Positions 52,048 to 64,000 of a stretch of DNA of 64,000 nucleotides are shown piece by piece (positions within the stretch are counted from its first letter, which is position 1; each line of letters begins with the position of its first letter). The notes beneath the pieces are model-generated. The model was not told the origin of the DNA. It did not search any database and worked only from the letters and a program-made list of their open reading frames with translations. Source of the DNA: Mobula birostris (Eukaryota). The DNA lies in the NCBI RefSeq assembly GCF_030028105.1, contig NC_092373.1:116448135-116512134 (forward strand), read 5' to 3'. The position numbers were made by a program, and so were the translations under genes.

Positions 52048-52271
52048 TGTAAAATAAAGCTGAAAACTTCATTCATTTTGATCTTCTAAATAATACTATT
52101 GTTATTCGCCTTTAACCTATATCCAAACTACTAAAACCAATGAGGATAGCTATATTTTATTTTCGAGATGGAAATTTTTTACAATATTTGGAAATAGTAA
52201 TAAAAAGGAACTGTAATGATATGCATCATTCAATTTGACCCTAAACATACTTATTTCTATTGTGTTACCAG

Positions 52272-52498
52272 TACAACGTGGAATGCTTGCAGTGTGTCAC
52301 GATGGAGCTGGTTGTCATTTAAAGAAGATGAAAGGTCAATGTCTTCACCAACAAGTGCCATATAATTACATGAAAAAGTCAGCAACGTATCCTAGGCACA
52401 CCTCTACTGGATCCTCGTTATCACAAGAAGCCAGCCCTATTATCTCAGCAACCACCGGGATGACTTCACAGAACCATGAACCAAGGACATTCATTTAA
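52272..52498 (+). CDS. EGF: Candidate terminal exon of EGF (frame unresolved)
   Basis: Branch-like CCCTAAAC, T-rich tract and CCAG acceptor in unique sequence. The phase-1 frame is open for 75 codons; the phase-0 frame stops after 16. No recognisable homology. Confidence 0.3.
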
Positions 52499-54859
52499 GC
52501 AGAATCCATTAGGATGGAGAGTCTTCATGAAGACAATGAATAAGATTGCTGATTATATTCATTTATGTAAATTAAATCCTTGGGATATCACCTTTGGGAG
52601 TCATCCTGCTACAGATATTTTCCTTCATTTGCTGGTCAGTTCATAAACTAGTCTTCTCATCAGTTTTGCAATTTTTAAGGTTAAGTGCATTTATTCCGGC
52701 AGATTGCCAGTACTGTTGACAATAATGCTCACTGTTCTCCTAATGAATGTTCATGATTAGTAATTCAATTGTTTCTGGGACAAAGTGGGTGAAAGTATAG
52801 GCAGAACAAGGAGATTGTTCGCGATGTTGAAGAACAATGGGACTGGAAACAAACGCAAATACTGGTGGACACATTCACCAGGGTCAGAATCAGAATCGAC
52901 TTTAATATCACCGGCATATGTCATGTAATCTGTTGTCTTTGCCGCAGCAGTACAATGCAATACATAATAATAGAGAAAAAACCTGTGTATTGCAGTAAGT
53001 ATATAAATATATATATATTAAATAGTAAAATTAAATAAATAGTGCAATAATAAAAATGTTTTAAAAAGTAGTGAGTTAGTGTTCATGGGTTCAATATCCA
53101 AAATTCAGAAATCAGATGGCCGCATTTGTAGAGAAACAGCAGATTTCATGTATCAGGTCAAACGCCCCGTCAGAATAGGATGAGAGAAGAACTACAGGTT
53201 GTAAAAGGTACTTGCAAATACTGCTACCTCAAAGAAATATCATCCATTGCTATTCAAATGGTGTATAGAGTGAAATGATAGCTAGGTATATGGAAGTAAA
53301 TTTTCACCTCGACTGTCCATTGTGGAGATCTTCACATTTTCATTTCAGTAATTTGAAGGGAGTGGTAACTGGATTGACTACATAAAAACAGATTCCTTGT
53401 GTCCACTGGTGAAGCCAAATTATTTCTCCGGCTATTAGTGAAAATACATTACTAATTTTTGGTTTCAGTGAAAAATTCTTGGTCGAATTCAAAGATGTGA
53501 TCAGCCTGTTTCCATAGTTCATGGGTTGAACAATGACTTGTTACGATTGTATTGCTTGGTTATAAAAATGCAGTTTGTAGGTGTAGCACAAGCAGCGTAG
53601 CACATTAGGTCACGGTTTCACTGCAAGCAGCATTTTCATATTGTGCTGTTTATTTTGCTGAATTTAACCACCATCTTTGTCACTCTGCAGTCAAGGATAG
53701 GCAGACAAGATAGAAGCTCAAGTCCAGAGCTGCAGTGTGACACAAAAACAGTTAATTTTTAATATTAATCACATTTTTAAAGTTATAAATGAAACATCTT
53801 GGAGGAGAGTGTGCTTAGGAATAAGATGGCTAGACATCAAAGTTCTTTCCTGACCTGAATACTCTTATTTTCTTTCAGTACCACTTGTTGAAAAGTAATG
53901 CTACCTGTCAAACAAGTTTAATCCTTTATTATACATTGAAGAGCCCTTCCATTGTTTGGACTTCAAACTTGGTCTATGGTGAAACAGCTGATGGTAGCCA
54001 GTACACAAATTGCCTGCATCACTTTGGAGAGTGGAGAATAAAATGAGACAGATTCCTGACTGTGGCCAGGGCTTCAGTCCAAATCTCCATCCACGTCCAA
54101 CTATTCCAGTTGCCTTGCCAAATCCTGTCACTCTTCCACATTTTCCTTTTTTCGACTATTAGAGATTGTTCCCTGGTTGACATGAAGTATATTACAGTTT
54201 ATTAATAATGTTTATCTGATCCCAGGTATGTAAGTGGTTGCATGTAAAGGGTAGCTGTCTTGTTTTGCCACACCTCTATTAGTAGATCAGTATCACAGGG
54301 AAATACAGCCCTCATGGTGTCTTGTCAGAAGTACCATATGTACACAATAGTTTTACAGGAACGTCTAGTTCTTGAAAGAGATTATTGTGTGGCAATAAAA
54401 ATAGCCATTAGATTTTAGGACTTATGCCAGAAGCATTTACTTGTTCTGTCATTACCATGAATTAACAAAACTGATCTTTAGTTCTAATCATAAAGTGTAA
54501 TTGGACTAGCTGCAGGTATAGTTGATCTGAAAGAGTTTATGTATGAGAATAAAGTTGGCAAAGATATCTTGAATTAGTGATAAGCTACCATGTCTTCTTG
54601 CCCTAGTGCTTTGTATATTTATGTTCAAGTAAACAGTTAAACGGAAAAGAAATACTTTTCTGGCATCTTATAGTATAGTTTTTTATTTGATTTCAACAAG
54701 CGCTCTCTCTTTTATACATAAAAAAATTGGTTTTAAGATATTGCTGCCAAAGAAGAAAAGATTGAAGTAGGATAGTGCACAACACATAAATGCAGTGGGT
54801 GTTTATTTTTCATACATAGATGTTTTACTTATTTTCCATTGCTGCCTGGATTTTTGATA

Positions 54860-55140
54860 GTCAAAGCACCCATTGGAGTACAGTGCATGTTCTGGATGCC
54901 ACATCATGAGGAAGATGACACCCAGGAGAGGGTGCAGAAGTGGTTCACTAGAGTGTTGTCTGAGTTGGTGTGCTTCTATTGTATGGAAAGACTGATTAGG
55001 TTAAGTTTCTTTTCTCTGGAGGAGTTTAGACCGAATGAGGTCTTGACTGAGGTATACAAAATTATGAAGGAAATAGATATGGTGGACAGTAAGGAATATT
55101 TCCCCAGAGGACATAGATTTAAAGTTAGAGGTAAATGATG
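54860..55140 (+). mobile_element. Old CR1 3' fragment
   Basis: ERVQKWFTRVL...EVYKIMKEID...RGHRFKVRG. Confidence 0.7.
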
Positions 55141-56884
55141 GATTTAAAAGAGATTTTGTAATGTATGGGTATATTTCTTTTAGAGCAATGACTCCCCTTA
55201 GCACTATGTATGGACTGTTGTCTATGCATTCATCTTGTTCTCTCTGTATGTCTGTCTCTCTCTCTGTCTCACTGCAACGTGAATGCACCAGTTAAAGCCA
55301 TCTCCCGCATGCGTGCTTTTATTTAATTTGGTGTGTCTGTGCAACAAGTATGAATCACCATGGCATAGAAGGTTGCAGGTTAAGTACTGAAAACTGGGAT
55401 TAGTAAAGAATACTGGCATGAACTTGACAGCCAAAGGGCCTTTTTCTCAGTTGTATGATGATGTGACACCACAGAGCACAGAACTTTGATGTAAAACTCC
55501 TCAGTGAAGGCACATTTAGACGTTACGTCACTAATCCACTAAGTACAGATCATAACTTATTTTCCTTCTTTTAATACTATATTTATTACCATGTTAAAAA
55601 TCCAATAAAACATTACATTTGAAAGCTTTCTTTGTATTAATTAAAAGGGACCAAAACTTTTACTTTAAAATAATTTGAAAAGTTAATTCTTAGCTTTGCT
55701 TCAGTTTTCCAGGAGGTATTCTGTATGTGAGTCCTGTTTCCAATCTCTGTTCCCAGTAAAAAGAATACTCAAACTAGATAGGAATAGATCAAGGCCTTCT
55801 ATCACCCTGGTGATACAACTGTACTACAAGTTAGGTCTGTCTTGATATGACTGACATTTTGCACAACTGATTACAATAGTTAGCTCTTGCAAAATGTTAT
55901 ACTTTTGGCAGAAACTCAGTATAAAATAACATAGATTGCAAGTTCACAACTTGAAAATACTCATTGGAGATCCTCTTACTAATCCTGCCAGCTAGAATTA
56001 GTGATACCTGGTGTGGTTTTTTAATGAGGATCTCTTTAAAATGCATTTCTCACAAAAGGATCATTTATAAACAATGAAATATTTCTTTCTAGACCAATTA
56101 CACCTTGAGTATGAATCATTAGTTTCATTGATATATGAATCATTAGTATCATTAGTTTCTGATCAATTTGACTATTTCACTTGGAAGCTATGAAGTCATG
56201 TAACATAACAAAGGATAATTTATTTCAGTGTAGGTGAAGAAATACTCCCAGTTGGGGTTAGACAGCAAGAACCGCACAGAAATAATGTCTACAGCTCCTT
56301 CCCAGTTTATGAGACTTATTTACAACCAATACATACAAATATGCATTTGGGAGCCCGTTGGGTTGAATTTGCTATCTGTATTAGGCCGCACACAATTTCT
56401 GCCGTATGAGAACTCAGTTCACATTTGCTTTTTTGACTTGCAATCTGTTCAAATTATGAACAGTTCTCAAGAATGAGAACCCTGTTGAAACCTGCAAAGA
56501 CAAAGCAAGTGTATGTTCCCTTCACACATGCCAAGTGGAAGCTCCAATGACATACCCATATCATTTAAATAATAAGATAACATGCAAACTCACTTTGTTT
56601 TCTGAAATCCTACAGTCCTTCTTCATTTTTCCTCACCTCCCCAGCAAACACAACCACAATCATCCCACTTAATGCATCCTCTAAAGCTAAACCCATCACA
56701 GTCCTGTACTACTCAAAAACGGTCATTAGCAGGATCTCCTGAATAATTCTGCATTCCCTGGGGAATGGTGACATTCACTCCATGTATTTTCTTTGACGAA
56801 TGTGAAAAGAAGGTAAGTTGGACCTTATTACAGCACTATGCAATTAAGTTGCTGCATTCCCAGCATCGGGCCGAAGCTCACTCC

Positions 56885-57483
56885 ACATGGGGGGCTGCGC
56901 CAGGCCAGAGGTCACTCCCCACGGGAGGCTGTGTCAGGCCACAGGTCACTTCCCATGGGAGGCTACGTCAGGCTAGAGGTCACTTCCCACGGGAGGCTAT
57001 GTCAGGCTGGAGATCACTCCCCACGGGAGGCTGCGTCAGGCTGGAGGTCACTCCCCACGGGATGCTGCGTCAGGCTGGAGGTCACTCCCCACGGGATGCT
57101 GCGTCAGGCTGGAGGTCGCTCCCCACGGGAGGCTGCATCAGGCTGGAGGTCACTTCCCATGGGAGGCTACGTCAGGCTAGAGGTCACTTCCCACGGGAGG
57201 CTATGTCAGGCTGGAGGTCACTCCCCACGGGAGGCTGCGTCAGGCTGGAGGTCACTCCCCACGGGAGGCTGCATTAGGCTGGAGGTCACTCCCCACGGGA
57301 GGCTGCGTCAGGCTGGAGGTCGCTCCCCACGGGAGGCTGCGTCAGGCTGGAGGTCGCTCCCCACGGGAGGCTGCATCAGGCTGGAGGTCACTTCCCACGG
57401 GATGCTGCGTCAGGCTGGAGGTCACTCCCCATGGGAGGCTGCGTCAGGCTGGAGGTCACTCCCCACGGGAGGCTGCGTTAGGC
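56885..57483. repeat. 34-bp GC-rich minisatellite, ~17 units, consensus GCGTCAGGCTGGAGGTCACTCCCCACGGGAGGCT
   Basis: Direct 34-nt periodicity, with a 204-bp (6-unit) higher-order duplication. Followed by a SINE/LINE-like T-rich tail to ~57860. Confidence 0.95.
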
Positions 57484-57902
57484 CTCAGCAGATGAAGGCC
57501 CCATGGAAGGACTGAGTTCGATCCTGACGGAGGATGTTTTTGAACTTCTGAGACGTATGTGATTATTGTTGTGGACTGTACTTTATGTTGGTCTCTTACA
57601 GTTTTCTCTCTTGTTGCTGACTAACAGGTGGGCGATATGTTACCTTTTTAGCTGAGAGAGAGGTTGGGGTTTTGGGATTTGGAGTGTGAGTTTTGTTTCT
57701 CTTTCTTTTTTGTACCGGGGGTGGGGGGCGCGCTTGATGTCTTTTCTTTCAATGACTTCCATAATTTTTCTGTATTTCATGGCTGTCTGGAGAACATGAA
57801 TCTCAGAATTGTATTCTGTGTAAATACTTTGATAATAAATTGAATCTTTGAACTTTTTTTGAACTCAGTGATACATATTTCCTTTTTGTTTATCCTAAAT
57901 AA

Positions 57903-58690
57903 CACTGGATAACAAAGATTTTGCTTCCTGAATACTTTTGGGTTTACCTTATAGATTTTGGGCTGCTGATCATGAAAATCACCATGAAATTTCCCTATCA
58001 CACACCATTTTTCTGACATCACCTATATTTATTATTTCAATTCACAATTCAAGTTAAAGTAACTGATGCCAAGATTAAGGAAAGCAATTTTGTTGGTCCA
58101 CAATCAAACAGATCATCAATGACAGGGTAGTCAAAAAGCTTCTAGTGGGACTGGAGAAAATCACATGGAAGGCATTCAAGGATGTTGCTGAAAATTTTCT
58201 TGGCAACTGCAGAGCATCAAACTATGTGCAGCTTCAAGCATACAAAACTATAAAGTACACCATGTCACTAAAGATACATTTTCTGCATTCCCTTTAGACT
58301 TCTTCCCTGCAAATCATGGCACTGTCAGTGACAAACATGATGAGAGGTTTCACCAGGACATTGCGGTCATGGAGAAACAGTATCAGGGCAACTGGAATCC
58401 ATCAGTGCTGGCTGATTATTGTTAGATACTTAAGCAAGAAGCCTCAGACACTGAATACACATAAAAGTCATCAACAAAACATTTTTAGCTTTGTTGATCT
58501 ATTGCAAAGCAACAACAACATTATGCAATTAAACATGTTATTCAATAAAAGTTAATTTCTTGTTTCTCCAAATTCCTATGTGAAGCAATTAGTCTGAAAT
58601 TATATTTGTGTTCAGATTCAGGTGATCTATCATAATCTCAAAAAAATTCTGAGAAAGCAACATAGTCAAACAATTTTTTTTGGTCCGGTG
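57903..58690 (+). mobile_element. Chapaev3-like DNA transposon, internally deleted copy 3 with TAA TSD
   Basis: CACTGGATAACAAA...TTTTGGTCCGGTG ends. TAA at 57900-57902 and 58691-58693. Decayed DAKIKE..FVGPQ, MSLKIHFLHS, VSDKHDERFHQDIAVMEKQYQG.W, LADYC. Confidence 0.7.
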
Positions 58691-59012
58691 TAACAGCTGA
58701 ACTTTGTAGCATCAAGTTCACCGGTGAAAACAAGTAACAGTAGTAAAAGCTAAAAATTAAAAACATGCAGATGTTGGAAATCTAAAATAAAAACATAAAT
58801 TGCTGAGTATACTCAACAGGCCAGTTAATATTTGGAGAAAGAGTAAAAGACTTAATGTTTTAAGTCAGAGAATCTTTGTCAGAACGGGGAAGGAGACAGT
58901 TGAAGAGTATTTATCAGAGTTGGGTTGTCTCCTTCCCAGTTCTGATGAAGGGTTTTTAACTTGAAACATTAACTCTATTTCTCTTCTTACAGAAATATGA
59001 CCTATATATGCC

Positions 59013-59660
59013 CACCAGCGCCTTTACTTCCTGAGAAAACTAAAGAAATTTGGCCCGTCCCCTAAAACCATCACTAATTTTTATAGATGCACCATAGGAA
59101 ACATTCTTCTAGGGTGCATCACAACCTGGTTTGGAAGTTGTCCTCTCCAAGACCGAAAGAAGCTGCAGAAGATTGTGAACACGGCACAGCACATCACACA
59201 AACCAATCTTCCGTCCGTGGACTCACTTTACACCGCACGCTGTCGGAGCAGTGCTGCCAGGATGATCAAGGACACGACCCACCCAGCCAACACACTTTTC
59301 ATCCCTCTTCCCTCCGGGGGAAGTTTCAGGAGCTTGAAGACTGGAACGGCCAGAATTGGGAACAGCTTCTTTCCAACTGTGATAAGACTGTTGAACGGAT
59401 CCTGAACCGGATCTGGACCATACCCTCCAAATATCCAGACCTGCCTCTCGGTTTTTTTTTGCACTACCTTACTTCCCATTTTTCTATTTTCTATTTATGA
59501 TTTATAATTTAAATTTTTAATATTTACTAATTTTAACTATTTTTAATATCTTCAATATTTAATATTTGTAATCCAGAGAGTGTGAAGCGCAGGATCAAAT
59601 ATCGCTGTGATGATTGTACGTTCTAGTACCAATTGTTTGGCGTCAATAAAGTATAAAGTA
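59013..59660 (+). mobile_element. Rex1/Babar LINE 3' fragment
   Basis: QRLYFLRKLKKFGPSPKTITNFYRCTI...QDRKKLQKIVNTAQHIT...NSFFPTVIRLLN; AATAAAGTATAAAGTA tail. Confidence 0.85.
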
Positions 59661-60042
59661 TTTAAAGTATTAAATATTTTCAGAATTTTCTTTTTTTATT
59701 AAAGTAAAATCTGAAATTGCGGCAACAGCTTGTGTGGAAAGTTAAAGAATCCAACAGCCCACTATTTCCATAGCAGCAATTTAAAGCAGTTCTTGGACAC
59801 TGCAGTTTGTGCCTGTAAGAAATCTGTGCTTGCAATGCAATCTTATCTTAACGAACACCATTTCATCAGAAAAGCAAGAACAAGAAGCAATGGCAAGACT
59901 CTGGAGACAGGTATTGGCACCTGTTGTCACAAACACAGATTTGGCAGTGCAGATACAACAACTGCGCTCATGATTGTGCGTGTGTCAGCTTCTTATTATT
60001 TCATCTGATGGTACTTAACTCCATTCTTTTCATCATAGTGCT

Positions 60043-60326
60043 TGTCAAGACTTGAGTGAAGCACAGCAACGTTTCACTGCCTGCTTGCATTTGGCCTTGC
60101 CTGAGAAATCAGACCATCGAGTCAACTGACTCTGAAGACTAGCGGTATTTGTTTTATATTTAGTTGTTACTTTCAGCTGCAGTGTTGGCTCCGTTTTCCA
60201 TTTGAGAGTTTTAGTTGACAGTCCAGTTTGGCCTAGCGTTTATTGTTTTCTTTATCCCCTAACTCTGTTTCCATTAAAGTCTGTGTCTCTCGCTCCACAC
60301 TTGGGCCACATCTGAACGTTGTGACA
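60043..60326 (+). mobile_element. Possible solo LTR
   Basis: TGTCA...TGACA termini and ATTAAA about 50 bp before the end; no TSD found. Confidence 0.35.
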
Positions 60327-60379
60327 CTTGTAACATTACATTGTTATTGGATTCTGGGATCACTGAAAAATCAGCATCT

Positions 60380-61430
60380 TTTGCTTACGAATGCTAGGAG
60401 CAACCATCTGGAACAAGACTGTCAGTCATTCTCTTCAGCAAAGGCAGCAGAAATGCTGTTACAGAAAGATCAAAGTTAAAGGATGCAGTGATCCTCTACA
60501 AGGGCTTCTGATTGGCCACTGCTTCACAGGCAACCTGACAACTGCTAAGCAACAAGCACTATGCAGTATTCAGAGCATTCAGAAATCCTCAGTGATCAGC
60601 TCCTTAGACTCTTGGCTTCAGGACTAAAACTCACTAGCACTGCTTATTTTATTATGACCAGGATGTCTAGGGACTAATTTAATCCTTAACAGATGGTAAT
60701 ACTATAATGTCTTAAGGACGAACATGTAAATCGAAAAGACCCAGAAGGTCAATGTCCAATAAAAAACATCTAGAGCAGATGGTAGGTGGAAAGAGAACTG
60801 ATTATCTTCAATATGCCAATAATCACAATGATCACATGAATTGTTCCTCATTGTCAAGACCGTCCACAGCTCAGACACCAAAAGACCCACACCACTGAAA
60901 GCTAGGAGCAGAGGAAAGCTTATCAAGCTCAGAGGGGCAAGGAGTCCCATTGGAAAGAGAACTCCAAAGATTTCCTCAATTCTGTCTTTGACAAGAGTGA
61001 ACTTAAATGTATTCCTGTGGTCACTACAATCTTAGAATTTCCCAGCCTGTAAAAAAGCTGAAGAGACCATCTCCAAGAAAGATAAGTTAGATTAATTACA
61101 GATGTGTCTTTCTTCTGCTTGCCACAGGAAAAGTCATTGCCAAGGTCCTCTTAATCTTTTCCTCTGCATGGTCTAAGGGTTCCTCCCTAATTCAAGGGCA
61201 TTTTCCATCCATCAAGACATGACATTCACCACAGACCAAATCCAAGAAAATTGTAGGGAGCAACACCAGCTACGGCTTGCCTGCCTGCCTGGAACTCATC
61301 ACCTCCATTAACCAGGAGGAATGATGGTGACTCCTTCTCAGATTTGCCTCTCCCCAGAAACGTAATTCCATTTTATGTTCTAATAACAATATGTAAGGTG
61401 CAATCCCATGACCTGATCTCCGTGCAGACT
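60380..61430 (+). mobile_element. Highly decayed RTE-like LINE fragment
   Basis: Remnant NYRCVFLLLATGKVIAKVL and DMTF...QIQENCREQH, resembling RTE RT motifs. Confidence 0.45.
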
Positions 61431-62833
61431 AGAGATAAAAAGGGCTAAGAAGCAGATGTGAATGCAAAGGTGAAGGAAGCAATTACAAACATTAATTCCA
61501 AGGCATCTGTAAATTGTCTCATGCCAACATTCTACAGATATGCAACATCATTAATTTTGTTTTTCCTTTAAAACCTTTATAATATGACCTGACAACTTGA
61601 AATTTCAAAATAGAAAATAGAGAACAAAAGGTGACTTTTTTGTTGAACTTATAAATGTTAGTGCAGAAATCCTGAATATATGCATTGCAGTGGTAATTGG
61701 ACTATCACTTCACAAGTTATTGCTTTATTAATGAAAATAGTTATGCTTTATCATAGAGTATATTTTTCAATTCTGATAATCTTTAAGACGTCAGATAATT
61801 TTAAAAAGCTTCTAGTGGAAGGAAAAAGAGTGCAAACTGAAATTAAAATTTGGGAGTATTTCTGTGAGATATCAAGAGTTGAATGGGAGTTATTCCTTCT
61901 TCAGCATCAGAGACTTTAATTGAAATTATGTGTTTTCTTTATGGTCTGTGGAATAGTAAATTACCAAGCTCTTTCCTGTAAGTGTGGCTTCTTTGTGGCT
62001 TTGGTTCAGCTGTTCAGACTTAAAGTAAGGGATAAAGGTTAATCTATCGAAAAAGAATTGACCATTGCTCAGCTTGGCTTGCTACAGGAGCTCACATCAT
62101 TACTGATCACTCAAATAGCAGCAGTTGGCCTTAAGTGAGGGTTTTCTTTTCTCTCTCCTCAGTCTTCACAAATGATGTAGTAAAAAGGCTATTAAGTGTT
62201 CACTCAAAGGCTTTGTTTTGATCCTTGAGGTCATGGTCTGATCTCCTTGGCACCAACCTTTCAGCGCGTTCTAGCAGATGAACTAGATTTAGATAAAATA
62301 GAAGGAAGAAATTGTGTCCTAAAGATAATTCCACATATGGTAGGGAGAGATCTATTAGCCCATTCTTTTGGAGCCATAATATTGAACAGCTGATAAATGA
62401 TCACTAAATAGATATCCTTGTGTAAATATTTTAACATCTGTGGGATTTCAGGGGGCTTTCAAGTTGAGAAATTGAAAGGATAAATTAAGAAAATTGTTTT
62501 GTTCCCTTCTTTCATCGTTGCAGTGGATCTGGAACCTAGAATTTCAAATTCAAAACTAAAAATAATTGTTATTCTGTTTAGATATTTGTGCAGTAGTCAA
62601 TGTCAATGCAAACAATTGTAAGGGATATCCTTCAAGGCAGGTAATTTTGTACCTTGGGCTTAAGAATGACTTTCAAATGAATCAGTGCACTTTGAAGTAA
62701 CAAGCCCCTGTTCTATTTTAGACAACACTGCATTTCAAAAGGAAAATTTAGTAAAAACTGAGGCAAAATACTGCAGATGTGGGAAATAAAAACAGAAAGT
62801 GCCGAAAATACCCAATTGGTCAGTCGACATTTA

Positions 62834-63392
62834 GAGAACATAGAACATAGAACATCTTAGTACAGTCCAGACCCTTCGGCCCATGATGTTGTGCAGATCC
62901 TTAACCTACTCCAAGGTCAATCTAACCCTTCCCTCTCACATAAGCCTCCAATTTTCTGTCATCTATGTGTCTATCTAAAAGTCTCTTAGATGTCCCTAAA
63001 GTACCTGACTCTACCACCACCTCTGGCAGCACATTTCAGGCACTCACCATTCTCTGTAAAAAGTTTTACTCTGACATTCCCCACCCCCATACTTACCTCC
63101 AGCTATATTAAAATCATGCCCCTTCATATTAGCCATTTCCTCCCTGGGAAAAAGTCGCTGGTTGTCCATTCGATCTATGCCTCTTATCATCTGTCAAGTC
63201 ACCTCTCAACCCTCCCTTTGCTCCAAAGAGAAAAGACCAGGCTCGCTCGTCCTATCCTCCTAAGACATGCTCTCCAATCCAGTTTGCCAGTACATCTCTC
63301 TAAGTCTTCCACATCCTTCCTATAATGAGGTGATCAGAACTGAACACAATATTCCATGTATGGTCTAATCAGGGTTTTATATAGCTGCAGCT
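62834..63392 (-). mobile_element. CR1 3' fragment
   Basis: (AGAACAT)n tail on the + strand and reverse-complement CR1 RT C-terminal sequence. Confidence 0.75.
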
Positions 63393-63459
63393 CATGAACT
63401 CTTGAAATATACAGAGTTATAGCTTTGGGCTACTGATGGTCCCTCTGAACTTGGAAAAG

Positions 63460-64000
63460 TTAGAAGTATGAAGTTTAAAATACAGGGAAAAGTAAAAGGG
63501 AGGGAAAGACAAAGATAAAGATGGAATGTAGAAGGAATAATGATGCATATCAAAAGTGCAAGATAATGGACATCAAGCATTAAGCATTCTTTATTCTTTA
63601 CATAATGCATTGTGAGTTACATGGCATATGTAATCACGCTACCATGTATTTGCATGTGCCTTGCTTAAAGTAAAAATGAAACTAAGACACACATTCCTGG
63701 ATCCATGTTTCCCTTTCAATTGGTTTTATGTTGGAAGTTACAAAACATAACAGTGGCAACGAGTACATTTTGAAAATTAACCTGAGGCAGCTGCAGACCT
63801 GTTGAAGTATAGTGAGACATTCAAGTTAAAATGCAGCAAGATATTTGAGTTTTAAGCAAGTGCAGTGAGAAACCGTGAGAAAAACAGCGCAGTACGTGTT
63901 TCTTCGGGGAAGGGTCAGAAACAGTCGAGTTTAAAAAAAGGCAGGGAACATACAAATTCATGGGTGATAATAATCATAAATAAGTTTTAAAAAAGCAGAA
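63460..64000 (+). mobile_element. Possible 5' LTR, PBS and leader of a Gypsy element running off the window
   Basis: ...CATAACA followed by TGGCAACGAG (63754-63763), one mismatch to the TGGCGACGAG primer-binding site recalled from Gypsy elements. The LTR start is uncertain. Confidence 0.45.

Noticed and set aside
56765-57515. 170-aa and 225-aa ORFs
   Set aside because: Artefacts of the 34-bp tandem repeat.
52500-64000. Expected neighbour ELOVL6 on the minus strand (mammalian synteny)
   Set aside because: No LHWYHH-type exon is visible in the ORF track or the sequence.

Overview
Eukaryotic, intron-rich, repeat-dense vertebrate DNA. The repeat set (V-SINE/HE1-type SINEs, CR1, Rex1/Babar, Penelope) suggests a cartilaginous fish, probably a ray; this is inference only. 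The + strand carries the 3' half of the pro-epidermal growth factor gene (EGF). Nine coding exons from 2281 to 28924 have canonical AG/GT sites and compatible phases. They encode the last YWTD propeller blades, three precursor EGF-like modules, a Ser/Thr-rich stalk, the 53-aa mature EGF, the transmembrane helix and the start of the cytoplasmic tail. The final exon(s) are unresolved (candidate at 52272). Main findings: (1) a fossil EGF exon at 12492-12616 with a dead acceptor, a Cys-to-TGA change and two indels, so this pro-EGF lacks one calcium-binding EGF module; (2) a mature EGF whose N-terminus (NHMVNC...FCLNGGICF) resembles neuregulin-1 while keeping the EGFR-binding R41/L47, like a natural 'biregulin'; (3) two families of minimal type I hammerhead ribozyme motifs in Penelope termini, several in fold-back insertions; (4) a 2.2-kb 30-bp minisatellite that arose inside a V-SINE and carries a TACGTG (HIF-type) motif in most units; (5) a chimeric internal-LTR-internal-LTR chromovirus; (6) three Chapaev3-like DNA transposon derivatives. 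Most long ORFs in the track are transposon-derived or tandem-repeat artefacts. All homology calls are from recalled motifs; no searches were run.
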